Below, piece by piece: positions 1 to 8,598 of a stretch of DNA of 64,000 nucleotides. Positions within the stretch are counted from its first letter, which is position 1, and each line of letters begins with the position of its first letter. The notes under the pieces were generated by a model that saw only the letters and a list, made by a program, of their open reading frames with translations, was not told the DNA's origin and did no database searches. The stretch comes from an uncultured Planctomycetaceae bacterium (lineage in GTDB: Bacteria; Planctomycetota; Planctomycetia; Planctomycetales; Planctomycetaceae): assembly GCA_963976765.1 (NCBI GenBank), contig CAXBME010000012.1:1-64000 (forward strand). The letters are read 5' to 3'. The position numbers and the translations under genes were made by a program.

Positions 1-484
1 TTTCCTCAGCAATCGTCTGCATCTGCTCACGATCCGGCAGCTCGTGCTGGATGACTACAAACTGCTTTTCCAGCTCGATAGGAATCTCTACCGCCGGAGC
101 GAGTACCACGAGGAATGTCCGGTTCTGTTTTCCGACTCCAATCTGCCGAGACATTGCCTGAATAACTTCCAGCGATCCGAGCAGCCGATGAAAGTTCTGC
201 AGCACCAGAACGCCTGCTCCATCCTCACTGGCGAGTGCGCTGGCTGACTGAATCGCGACGACTGGATCAGTCGTTGCCACAGCGTCAGTTGCCAACGTCG
301 AATCAGCATCCGCTACATTCCCAGCCACTTTCAGCCCGCGTTCGATATCCCACGTCGCCAGCGACCAGTCTTCATCTCGACATAGCTCGGCAATCTCCCG
401 CAGTGCCTCATCGGGTTCAAGAGTTTCAATCCAGATTCCCGCAAAGCACGCGCGCACGTACTCCGCGAATTGTTCAACAAGCAT
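1..484 (-). CDS. AAA-family ATPase, Ycf46-like (N-terminal part only; runs off window)
   Basis: Not in the ORF track because it has no stop in the window. Manual translation from ATG 484 (GGAG RBS upstream): MLVEQFAEYVRACFAGIWIETLEPDEALREIAELCRDEDWSLATWDIERGL...VLVLQNFHRLL...RTFLVVLAPAVEIPIELEKQFVVIQHELPDREQ. This resembles the N-terminus of Ycf46-like AAA proteins found beside DUF1257/DUF2997. Walker motifs lie outside the window. Confidence 0.75.
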   Translation of the reverse strand, partial: MLVEQFAEYVRACFAGIWIETLEPDEALREIAELCRDEDWSLATWDIERGLKVAGNVADADSTLATDAVATTDPVVAIQSASALASEDGAGVLVLQNFHRLLGSLEVIQAMSRQIGVGKQNRTFLVVLAPAVEIPIELEKQFVVIQHELPDREQMQTIAEE

Positions 485-522
485 AGGCTCTCCAGATGGT
501 GAGAGAAGAAAGAGAAAGAGAA

Positions 523-1227
523 TCAGCGACTGAAGCCGCAACCAGCCGCTTCAGCGATCGCGTTCAACCACGAACGGACTTCACCGCGAGGGTCGCTCTC
601 ATCGAGCAATGCGGGAGTCATGTTCGAAACGACGTCGTGGTTGAGTTTCCGTTTAATCTGCAGCTTCAATCGGCGGCGTCCGCGCCGTGAAAGCTGGCCT
701 CGATCAAGGTCAGGACAGGTTCGATTGAGAAGTGCGTCAGCTATAGCATCAACAATACTGCTGTCGTCCGAGCACGCTACTCGGAGGCGGAATACGTCCT
801 CGATCGCGTCGGGGTGGAGATAGCTTTCGATGCTTCGTTTCGACATGACAAATGCCTGGGCATTCGCTCGTCGACTCACGATCGACGCAGCCGAGAATCG
901 CAACTCTGAATCGGCCGCCGTCTCCCGGTCATAGATATGAATTTCGGGCAGGCGAAGCGGAGCAAACCGTGTTGCCCAGAAACCGGGATCACCGCCACCG
1001 AATGGAACAAAAATCAATCGGCCCGCTTCTTCCAGCGTTCTCAGGCGTGGAATCGCGGGATCGTCGCGATGCAGGACAGCCGAGATTCGGCACAGAAACT
1101 CTACGTCATAGATTCCCTCGACGAACACCAGCGATGGGCGTTCTCTTGCGGCGACGGTGTTCTTGCGGAATAGAGCAGCAGCACGTATTCCGGACGGGAC
1201 ACTGCGTCGGATCGTTGCCGCACTCAC
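523..1227 (-). CDS. Stand-alone TOPRIM domain protein, OLD-family nuclease type
   Basis: Motifs LVFVEGIYDVEFL, IFVPFGGG, IHIYDRE (DxD-like) and KRSIESYL. GTG start with AAGGAGG RBS overlaps the DUF2997 stop. No ABC-ATPase domain. Confidence 0.7.
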   Translation of the reverse strand: MSAATIRRSVPSGIRAAALFRKNTVAARERPSLVFVEGIYDVEFLCRISAVLHRDDPAIPRLRTLEEAGRLIFVPFGGGDPGFWATRFAPLRLPEIHIYDRETAADSELRFSAASIVSRRANAQAFVMSKRSIESYLHPDAIEDVFRLRVACSDDSSIVDAIADALLNRTCPDLDRGQLSRRGRRRLKLQIKRKLNHDVVSNMTPALLDESDPRGEVRSWLNAIAEAAGCGFSR

Positions 1228-1454
1228 GGGCCCTCCTTTTGTTCAGAATTCGAATGAGACACACCGGCATCAGTACGCACTACCGGTGAGTAATAATCGG
1301 TGGTTCGTTTTTCGCCGTGCGACGTCCCCAGTGCTGTCTCCAGAAACCGACTTGCTTCCAGACACTCTGCTCCGGCGAATCCCTTTGTCTCGACCGATGA
1401 CTGGCCGTCAGCCCCAACGACAACTTCAATTCTCTTCAATGTCGTTTTCTTCAC
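1224..1454 (-). CDS. DUF2997 domain protein
   Basis: 76 aa with IEVVVGADGQSSVETKGFAGAECLEASRFLETALG, the typical pattern. 4-bp overlaps with both neighbours. Confidence 0.8.
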   Translation of the reverse strand: MKKTTLKRIEVVVGADGQSSVETKGFAGAECLEASRFLETALGTSHGEKRTTDYYSPVVRTDAGVSHSNSEQKEGP

Positions 1455-1819
1455 GCTGCACCTCCGACATGAACCGTAAGTTTGATCGCCCCGTCCGCCA
1501 GAGCCTGCTCCGTAATCGTGTGCCCTCGCCGTCTTGCTTCGAGACGGGTTTTCTCAACCGCATACATCTGCAGAAGTGCATCGAGTCGCGACTGGTCTCC
1601 CCATCTGCCATTGAAGTTGTCGTAATGGACGCGACCGGACTCGACGTCGCAGACGACTGGATATCGCCAGTCCGGCAACTCCACGCAGTAGCCTGTCGCT
1701 TCAGCGGTGAAGAGTTTCGCAGTCCGGCGAACCGGACGCTCCAGCCCCAGACGTCGACAGCCAAGGCAAAGCGCCTCGGCGTCTCTGATCTCAGTTGCGA
1801 TGGTGACAATGTGTGACAT
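1451..1819 (-). CDS. DUF1257 (Ycf35-like) protein
   Basis: MSHIVTIATEIRD N-terminus, YDNFNGRWG, LLQMYAVEKTRLEARRRGH..EQALADGAIKLTV. AGGAAAGG RBS. Confidence 0.8.
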   Translation of the reverse strand: MSHIVTIATEIRDAEALCLGCRRLGLERPVRRTAKLFTAEATGYCVELPDWRYPVVCDVESGRVHYDNFNGRWGDQSRLDALLQMYAVEKTRLEARRRGHTITEQALADGAIKLTVHVGGAA

Positions 1820-1878
1820 CAATAACCTTTCCTGATAGTGGTCATGTTGATCGAGTAAGAACGGCGAATGACGATCGA

Positions 1879-2076
1879 CTATTCCGGCGGCAGTTCAGAT
1901 TCGCCTCGTGAAGATGATCTTCGCGTCCTGCTTCTTCCAGTTTCATTTGAGCTATCGCGGCCACTCGCACCTTTCGACTTCCGGGATGTCAGAGCCGATG
2001 GTTTCTCCCGCTGTCTCCAGCGCCTCGCCAGAATGTGACCGACAACATCAGCGAGACACCCAAAGGGTTCATGCAT
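1879..2076 (-). CDS. Small basic hypothetical protein next to recombinase
   Basis: 65 aa with AGGAG RBS upstream of the ATG. Helical N-terminus (LADVVGHILARRWRQREK) and a Ser/Arg-rich tail. Confidence 0.5.
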   Translation of the reverse strand: MHEPFGCLADVVGHILARRWRQREKPSALTSRKSKGASGRDSSNETGRSRTRRSSSRGESELPPE

Positions 2077-2090
2077 GTGCTTCTCCTACG

Positions 2091-2117
2091 AAAAAAGGCT
2101 CGACAGATGCCGAGCCT
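2091..2117 (-). terminator. Intrinsic terminator-like hairpin after recombinase
   Basis: Minus strand AGGCTCG-gcatctgt-CGAGCCT followed by a T-run, about 37 bp after the recombinase stop. Confidence 0.6.
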
Positions 2118-2153
2118 CGGGTGAGTGGAACAGGTTGTCAGTTGACGAAATCG

Positions 2154-4103
2154 CTATGCCGCCTCGTCGGATGCATTGTCTGATTCGCCGGACGAACTGT
2201 CTGAGTTCTCAGCATTGAGTTCAGCGGACTCTGCTTCCGCTTCCTGCTGAGCATCGACATAGCGCTTCCAGGCCGCGTGTGCGTTGCCGATATCGAGCCC
2301 GGTGGTTTTCTGAATCTCCTTCCAAGGCACGCCACGTTCACGCATTTCGGCAATCTTCGGAGCCCACTCGGCCATCCGACTGTGCGAGCCGAGATCAATC
2401 ACGAACTCGTCAGATTCTCCAGTTGCGCGATCAATCCCCGACACCAGCATGTCAAAGGTTTCGTCCGACAATCGCTCGGCCAGCGCAGCCCGCAGGCTTT
2501 CCCAGCCGTTGATTCGAAATCGAAGCTGAGCAAATCCCCGCGTCTTCCCCGGCGCAATGATCGCGAACGCTTCGATTCGATCGATGATCTGCCGCAGCAG
2601 AATCGCTGCCGCCCGCTCATCATCGCGCAAGAGCGATGTCAGATCACCGAGCTGCTGACTGATCCACTCGTCATCCGGCATTTCAGTGGGAATCGCGAGC
2701 ATCTCCTGAGCTTCGTTGATGCGCCGCCTGAGTTCTTCGGCCTCGCTCTCAAATCGATTCAACCGGGAAGATGTCGCCTGACTCCTGACTCCCGAAGCCA
2801 GTAGATCAACAAGGTGTTCAATCTGCTGCTCCAGATCACTGAGTTGTCGACGGTCCTGAGTGATCCTGTCGGGAATCTCGTTCGCGGCTTCTTCAATCCG
2901 CTGCCGCATCGAAGCGACGACACGCGAGAACCACTCGGGCCACTCGCTCAACAGACGACCAATCAGGCCGAGGATGGCGTCTTCGGCACGCTCGACTGGT
3001 ACGCGAGTCTTCATCGAGCAGTCATGTTCAACGGAACCGTGTTTTGGACACATGAGATACGCATAACCGTTGCTCTGCGTCTGCCACAGTCGGGCTCCGC
3101 ATTCGCCACAGTACACCAGGCCACCGAGCAGGCTCGATGGATACACTTCCGTGTGATGCACCTTCGGCCCCCGCGGCTTCTGTCCCGGTTTCAGACCGTA
3201 CTGCTCATTTAGAGCCGCGAGCCTGCGCTGAGCAGCCTCAAAAACGTCATGTGGCACAAGCCGCAGGTCTTCACGCTTCGTAATGATCTGCTGGTCACGC
3301 TCAACAGGTATCTGCTTCTTCTTCCCGGACGAGTTTCTGATTGTCCGAGTCTTACCCCAGTGCCAGACTCCATCGTACTTCGTGTTGGCGAGAATGACTC
3401 GGACATGCCGGGCCCTCCAGCGAGTATTACGCCGACGATGTCCCTTCGGGGCTTTCTCCTTAGTCAGCTCACGAGCGATCCATGAAATCGAGCGGTCTTC
3501 ATTGAACCAGGCAAACATCTGCCTGACCCATCGGGCTTCCGCATCATTGCTTCGAATTCCTTTCTCCGGCTTCGGACCGCGACGGGGATTCGCAGCCGCT
3601 TCCGGATCGATGAAGAACGACTCGTAGCCGTACGGCAGATCGCCACTGCTGAGATTCCCGAGGACTCGCCCCAGTTGCCCACGCCGAACTCTGCGTCCCA
3701 GCTCTTTGATCGTGGCGCTGTTGTGCAGTTCCATGACCTTGACGCGAAGTTCCCAGCCGGGTTGATCTGTATCCAATCCTTCGCTGGTCGAAATAAAACG
3801 ACCGCCAGCAAAAACCAGGTCCGTAATAAACGCGAACGCATTGTCAGCCCGAGTCAACCTGGACTGATCATCGACCGCGAGAATCGAAACTTCCCCAGCC
3901 GACACCATCTGCTGGAGCCGCACAAACTCGTCCCGAAAGGTCTTCGTCCCGGACTCGGCTTCGTCATAAATGACGACCGCTTCCGAATGATCAATTCCCT
4001 TCTGAGCCAACGCACTGCGAATCTCCCGCTCCTGGTCCACGCAACTCCTGGTACTCTGCAGATCGGATGAATACCTTGTGTAAATCACAACCTTCTGGGA
4101 CAT
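2154..4103 (-). CDS. Large serine recombinase (integrase)
   Basis: Catalytic VIYTRYSS, DDQSRLTR, recombinase domain LPYGY, zinc ribbon CGECG...YLMC...C and a coiled coil. ATG 4103 with GAGAGG RBS (ORF track begins 4118). Confidence 0.92.
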   Translation of the reverse strand: MSQKVVIYTRYSSDLQSTRSCVDQEREIRSALAQKGIDHSEAVVIYDEAESGTKTFRDEFVRLQQMVSAGEVSILAVDDQSRLTRADNAFAFITDLVFAGGRFISTSEGLDTDQPGWELRVKVMELHNSATIKELGRRVRRGQLGRVLGNLSSGDLPYGYESFFIDPEAAANPRRGPKPEKGIRSNDAEARWVRQMFAWFNEDRSISWIARELTKEKAPKGHRRRNTRWRARHVRVILANTKYDGVWHWGKTRTIRNSSGKKKQIPVERDQQIITKREDLRLVPHDVFEAAQRRLAALNEQYGLKPGQKPRGPKVHHTEVYPSSLLGGLVYCGECGARLWQTQSNGYAYLMCPKHGSVEHDCSMKTRVPVERAEDAILGLIGRLLSEWPEWFSRVVASMRQRIEEAANEIPDRITQDRRQLSDLEQQIEHLVDLLASGVRSQATSSRLNRFESEAEELRRRINEAQEMLAIPTEMPDDEWISQQLGDLTSLLRDDERAAAILLRQIIDRIEAFAIIAPGKTRGFAQLRFRINGWESLRAALAERLSDETFDMLVSGIDRATGESDEFVIDLGSHSRMAEWAPKIAEMRERGVPWKEIQKTTGLDIGNAHAAWKRYVDAQQEAEAESAELNAENSDSSSGESDNASDEAA

Positions 4104-4288
4104 TTCAAAACCTCTCACAGCAACAGAAATCTGTTGCCAGCAAGAGAACCAACCAGATTTGGCACGTCGATCGACGGCCCCGCCTGCCTTGGAGTGTCAC
4201 TCGTGACTTTGGCGATCAGCTACTCGAAGCAGCTCTTCGCCGGTAAATTCAAGGCATTTCGGGAACAACCGAACAATAAGACGAGCTT

Positions 4289-5371
4289 TCACCGGAAGTA
4301 TCGGTAAGGCCCACAGCGGCTTCGCTCCGTGGTCTGGTCTGTTTGTCTCTCCGTTGGTTCTTCATTCTCAACTTTCGCAGTTCTTTCTGCGAGCCTGTCA
4401 GCCACGATTGTATCGATGAAGAGTTGGCTGGCGTGGAACATCAGCATGGGGAAAACGGCAAACGGAACAGCAATTCCACCAGCAACGGCCGCTCCGCCAA
4501 AGACTTCGGGATCGGTTGCCAGATAAACACCGATGGGCAGCGTCTTCTGACTTCCGGCGAACGAGGCAGCAATCCGGTCTCGGCGATCGAAGCCGAACAG
4601 GCCGCCACCGAACCACGCCACGGCCAGAGCGACAACGTGCATGACGACGCAGCAGGCCCAGACGAGCAGAACGGCGGTGAGCTGCGTGCCGATGTCCGCC
4701 TTCTGAAGCTGCACGCCTCCGCCGAGGGCACTCAGGAAGACCAGCGAGAGAATGCACGATTGAGCTACGACTCCGATCGGTGTCTTATTTTTCGTCGCGA
4801 AGTCGGCGACCTTCTTCGGAAGCCGCAGGGCCTGGCCAAGCAACGTCGGAATCAGCACGACGAGAACCAGTCGTTGCGCAAGATCACCAGCGTCAAGACT
4901 GACCGATTGTGAAGTGCCAAGATTCAGCCAGAACGGCGTCAGCGCAAAGCAAGCGGCGTTGGTGACCAGCGTTGTCAGCAGTGAAACGGCGTCATTGCCG
5001 CCGGCCTTGCGGGTCCACACCGAGGCGGCGGCCAGTGTGCAGGGAGTCGTTGCGGCGATCATCAGGCCGATGCGAAAGTCGGGTGTCAGCTGAAAACGCA
5101 TCAGAAAGATGCCCATGATCGGGAGCAGCCCGAAGTTCACCAGGCATGCCCACACGACGGGGGCCGGAGCTTTGAACGACGCTTTCAGTTGCTGGCTGTT
5201 CAGGCTGAAAGCCATCAGCAGCAGGACGAATGCGGTCAACGGTCGAGTGGGAACGATCGATTTGAAATTCTCAGCGGACTCGGGAGAACTCTGCGAACCG
5301 ATGACCAGCCCCGACGTGATTAATGTCAGCAGGGAAAGCAGGAACCAGCGGCGTTTCGCAAACTCAAGCAT
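4289..5371 (-). CDS. Bile acid:sodium symporter (BASS/SBF-like) family transporter
   Basis: Multiple TM helices, PCTLAAASVWTRKAGGN and SQKTLPIG motifs. Likely start ATG 5371. Confidence 0.85.
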   Translation of the reverse strand: MLEFAKRRWFLLSLLTLITSGLVIGSQSSPESAENFKSIVPTRPLTAFVLLLMAFSLNSQQLKASFKAPAPVVWACLVNFGLLPIMGIFLMRFQLTPDFRIGLMIAATTPCTLAAASVWTRKAGGNDAVSLLTTLVTNAACFALTPFWLNLGTSQSVSLDAGDLAQRLVLVVLIPTLLGQALRLPKKVADFATKNKTPIGVVAQSCILSLVFLSALGGGVQLQKADIGTQLTAVLLVWACCVVMHVVALAVAWFGGGLFGFDRRDRIAASFAGSQKTLPIGVYLATDPEVFGGAAVAGGIAVPFAVFPMLMFHASQLFIDTIVADRLAERTAKVENEEPTERQTDQTTERSRCGPYRYFR

Positions 5372-5399
5372 TGATTCATTCTGGTCAGGCGAAAGTTGG

Positions 5400-5472
5400 A
5401 CCACGAAATACACGAAAGAAAAACGCTTCAGTAGGAGACCGTCATTTTCGTGTATTCAGTGTTTTTCGTGGT
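5400..5472. repeat. Intergenic imperfect inverted repeat (CACGAAA family)
   Basis: ACCACGAAATACACGAAA ... TTTCGTGTATT-cagtgttt-TTCGTGGT. Confidence 0.65.
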
Positions 5473-5475
5473 TGT

Positions 5476-6129
5476 TCAATCCTGGGGCTTCTGAAGATGC
5501 TGGACCCAGGCGGGGGGGAGGTTGGGGAAGATCCAGTCGCGGCGGATTCTTTGTTTCGAGCAGTAGTCGCCCATCGTTTTGTCGATTGATTTAAGGCGGG
5601 CTCGTTCGGACTTCGCGCCGATTCGAGTTCTGAGTGATCGAACAAACTGATACTCGAAGTAGGACAGAATTCCGCCCGGCAGTAGATGTTTGAAATAGTG
5701 CTCGAAAATGTCGTCGACCAGGTCAGCTGGAAAGTTGTTCAACGGCAGGCCGGAGATCACGAAGTCGTACGGTCCGTCGGATGAGAATTCCTGGAGCGGT
5801 GCGATGTGGACTGTTGACTGGTTGGCGACCTTGTTCCAGACGGGATCGTTTTCGAATCGCTGCTTCAGGTGGCCGGCGAAGGCTTCGTTGAGTTCGACCA
5901 GGTCGAAGCGATCGTGCTCGCGGATCTGCTTAACGATGGTGCCGGTGACCGCTCCCGTGCCAGGGCCGATTTCCAGGATTCGGACAGGCGGTCCGTCGGC
6001 CGGACGGGCTCGCAGGTAGCGGGTCATCGACCGGGCGAGAAAGCGGCTGCTGGGAGCGATCGCCCCCGTCGTTTCGAAGCGTTCCCGAAACTGGCCGAAG
6101 AACGTGGCGTACTCTTTGAGTGATGTCAT
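5476..6129 (-). CDS. SAM-dependent methyltransferase, phospholipid/ornithine-lipid N-methyltransferase-like
   Basis: TTGAIAPSSRFLARSM, ILEIGPGTGAVT and DFVISGLPL motifs of PmtA-type enzymes. Likely start ATG 6129. Confidence 0.75.
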   Translation of the reverse strand: MTSLKEYATFFGQFRERFETTGAIAPSSRFLARSMTRYLRARPADGPPVRILEIGPGTGAVTGTIVKQIREHDRFDLVELNEAFAGHLKQRFENDPVWNKVANQSTVHIAPLQEFSSDGPYDFVISGLPLNNFPADLVDDIFEHYFKHLLPGGILSYFEYQFVRSLRTRIGAKSERARLKSIDKTMGDYCSKQRIRRDWIFPNLPPAWVQHLQKPQD

Positions 6130-6200
6130 GAACCAGGCGGCTGGGCAAGAGGGCAGGGCGGGGACGCGGTGTCGGAAGCGGGCAAACTGACGCTGGCCGG

Positions 6201-7133
6201 TCACCCGCAGCGTTCCTGAGCTGCCTGTGCAGCCTGCCGCACGATATCGACTCCCACCAGGTCGCTCCAGGCAGTGATCAGTTCCTGGAAGACCGGGCCA
6301 GGTTGTCCGGTGCCGATTTCCTGATCATTGAACTTGGTGACCGGCAGCAGGCAACAGGTCGTCGACGACGTCATTGCTTCGTCGGCGTCCAGAAGATCGT
6401 CGAACTTGAGCGAGGATTCCTCCCACGTGATTCCAAGCCTGGCCGCAATCTCGCGCAGGACCATCTGGCTGATTCCTCCGAGAACCAGTTCGGACGACGG
6501 CGTGCGGATTGTTCGTCCCTTGACGACATAAAAGTTGCCAGCGGCGGTTTCAGTGATGTGGCCGTGAGCCGTCGTCAGGAGTGCAGAAGCTGTCGGAAAA
6601 CGGCTTCGTGCTTCTTTGTCCGCTCGGAACCAGTGGAGTCGGTTGCGGTGCTTGGCCTGCGGCGGAACAGATTCATTCGGGAGTGGTTGCACATTCACCG
6701 ACGCCAGATGCTGGCCGGTTGTCTGTTTTTCCGTCCAAAGCTCGAACGGCAGCGGAAAACTGTGAACGCATGCTGTTCCTTGTGTGGCGACATCGCGACC
6801 TGCGGCTCCCAGGTATGTCAGATTCTGACCAGCCGAAATAAAGATGATGATGCCCAGGTCGTGGTTTTTCGGAATGAGTGCCGCGTTATGCTCAACGATC
6901 TGAGCAACGGCTGCTTCGAGTTCCTGGCGACCTGCTTCTGTTGAAAACCCGCAGAGGCGGAGCGAGCCAAACAGCCGATTGATGTGTTCGCTCAATCGAA
7001 ACGGGACGTGGCCGAATGTGCGAATCATCTCCGTGACGGACGCTCCGGCCACGACGCCGAGGTCTGTCACCGGAACCACCGCTTGAGAAGATGGAACCAC
7101 CTGGCCATTTAGAAAGGCAATCGGTTCAGTCAT
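6201..7133 (-). CDS. Aminotransferase class IV (branched-chain/D-amino acid aminotransferase, ADC lyase family)
   Basis: AFLNG, FRLSEHINRL, AKHRNRL (PLP lysine), ITETAAGNF, VLGGIS, DEAMTSST, IGTGQPGPV. Confidence 0.85.
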   Translation of the reverse strand: MTEPIAFLNGQVVPSSQAVVPVTDLGVVAGASVTEMIRTFGHVPFRLSEHINRLFGSLRLCGFSTEAGRQELEAAVAQIVEHNAALIPKNHDLGIIIFISAGQNLTYLGAAGRDVATQGTACVHSFPLPFELWTEKQTTGQHLASVNVQPLPNESVPPQAKHRNRLHWFRADKEARSRFPTASALLTTAHGHITETAAGNFYVVKGRTIRTPSSELVLGGISQMVLREIAARLGITWEESSLKFDDLLDADEAMTSSTTCCLLPVTKFNDQEIGTGQPGPVFQELITAWSDLVGVDIVRQAAQAAQERCG

Positions 7134-7180
7134 TGGAGATTCTCAGGCAATTTCTGCGAATTCATAAATTCACCAGGATT

Positions 7181-7257
7181 GTGTGTCACTGGCTTTGCCA
7201 GTGCAGTTTTCGGTGTCTGCGGAAACCAAAGAAGCACTGGCAGCGCCAGTGGCACAC
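7181..7257. repeat. REP-like inverted pair (GCACTGGCAAAGCCAGTGGCACAC family)
   Basis: GTGTGTCACTGGCTTTGCCAGTGC (7181-7204) and GCACTGGCAGCGCCAGTGGCACAC (7234-7257) in inverted orientation. Each unit is itself palindromic. Confidence 0.8.
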
Positions 7258-7463
7258 CTGATCCACGCCATTCACGATTCTCCAGCATCCGCATGGGAGA
7301 ACCATTCTCGCCCATTGATGTCTGGCATTCCATGACTACCGCGGCTTACTCGCAGTCGCACGGTCGAGTGACTTAGAAAAACGCCCCCGATATACTCCCG
7401 CCCGCCTGAATGACGGCAACTTCTGAGACTGGACTTTAGCTACACGACAAGGAACGACCAGCG

Positions 7464-8378
7464 ATGGCACTGACGATTGCTCCCGGAACGACAAAAATTG
7501 GCTGGATCGGCACTGGAGTCATGGGCTCCAGCATGTGCGGACACCTGATTGACGCTGGATTCTCGGCAACGGTCTACTCACGGACGAAATCCAAAGCGGA
7601 AGCTCTGGTCGCCAAAGGGGCCACGTGGGTCGATTCTCCTAAAGCGGTCGCTGAAGCGTCGGATGTGATTTTCGGAATCGTCGGGTTTCCTTCAGATGTT
7701 CGAGAAGTCTTTCTGGGCGAATCAGGAGCGCTTGCCGGATCGAAAGCAGGAAACGTTCTGGTCGACATGACAACAAGCGAACCATCACTCGCCGTCGAAA
7801 TCTATGAAGCTGCGAAAGCCAAAGGTGTCGCAAGCGTTGACGCTCCTGTTTCTGGCGGCGACGTCGGAGCGAAGAACGCCGCTTTGTCGATCATGATCGG
7901 TGGCGACAAAGAAACAGTAGACGCGCTGCAGCCGTGCTGGGATGCGATGGGCAAGACGATCGTCCATCAGGGCGGGGCCGGAGCCGGTCAACACACCAAA
8001 ATGGTCAATCAGACGCTGATCGCCACCAACATGATCGGTGTCTGTGAAGCCCTGCTTTATGGTTACAAGGCGGGACTCGATCTGCCGACGGTCCTGAAGT
8101 CAGTTGGTTCGGGAGCTGCTGGAAGCTGGTCACTGTCAAATCTCGGGCCGCGGATCATGGACAATAATTTCGATCCAGGATTCTTCGTCGAGCATTTCAT
8201 CAAAGACATGGGCATCGCGCTGGCCGAAGCAAAGAGTATGGGGCTGTCGCTGCCGGGGCTGGCACTTGGTCACCAGCTTTATCTGGCGGTACAGGCTCAG
8301 GGGCACGGTCGAGACGGCACACACGCGTTGCAGCTCGCACTGGCAAGTCTGTCGGGTGTTGACTGGAAAGACCGATAG
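7464..8378 (+). CDS. NAD(P)-dependent oxidoreductase, 3-hydroxyisobutyrate dehydrogenase / tartronate semialdehyde reductase family
   Basis: [46 protein letters not shown]. Confidence 0.9.
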   Translation: MALTIAPGTTKIGWIGTGVMGSSMCGHLIDAGFSATVYSRTKSKAEALVAKGATWVDSPKAVAEASDVIFGIVGFPSDVREVFLGESGALAGSKAGNVLVDMTTSEPSLAVEIYEAAKAKGVASVDAPVSGGDVGAKNAALSIMIGGDKETVDALQPCWDAMGKTIVHQGGAGAGQHTKMVNQTLIATNMIGVCEALLYGYKAGLDLPTVLKSVGSGAAGSWSLSNLGPRIMDNNFDPGFFVEHFIKDMGIALAEAKSMGLSLPGLALGHQLYLAVQAQGHGRDGTHALQLALASLSGVDWKDR

Positions 8379-8408
8379 CGGGAACAGAATCTTTCATGCT
8401 GAATCAGA

Positions 8409-8507
8409 CGCGAAGACGCAATGTCGCTAAGATTTGCAAAGGAGTTGGGTTTCAGTCTTAGATCTCAAACGCTCCTTTCATCCTTTGCGAAACTCTGCGT
8501 CTTCGCG
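8409..8507. repeat. Long intergenic inverted repeat / hairpin
   Basis: CGCGAAGACGCA (8409-8420) pairs perfectly with TGCGTCTTCGCG (8496-8507). Inner TTTGCAAAGGA pairs with TCCTTTGCGAA. Confidence 0.7.
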
Positions 8508-8598
8508 ACTTTGCGGCAGAGAATAACAAGAGCAACACACGGGCAGATTACTCCGTCAGGCCAAGCCTGACCTACACGAAATATAATGAGGCATTCCG

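Larger units (their letters stand above)
1..4300. mobile_element. Right end of a putative integrative element / genomic island
   Basis: Large serine recombinase at the boundary with housekeeping genes, followed by mobile-element-type small genes. att site not identified, so the boundary is approximate. Confidence 0.55.

Noticed and set aside
1..4118. Prophage call
   Set aside because: No structural, terminase or lysis genes in the window; only an integrative element edge is supportable.
8380..8598. Possible lysine riboswitch before dapA
   Set aside because: The structure is explained by a simple inverted repeat and I recognise no riboswitch consensus. An Rfam scan would settle it.
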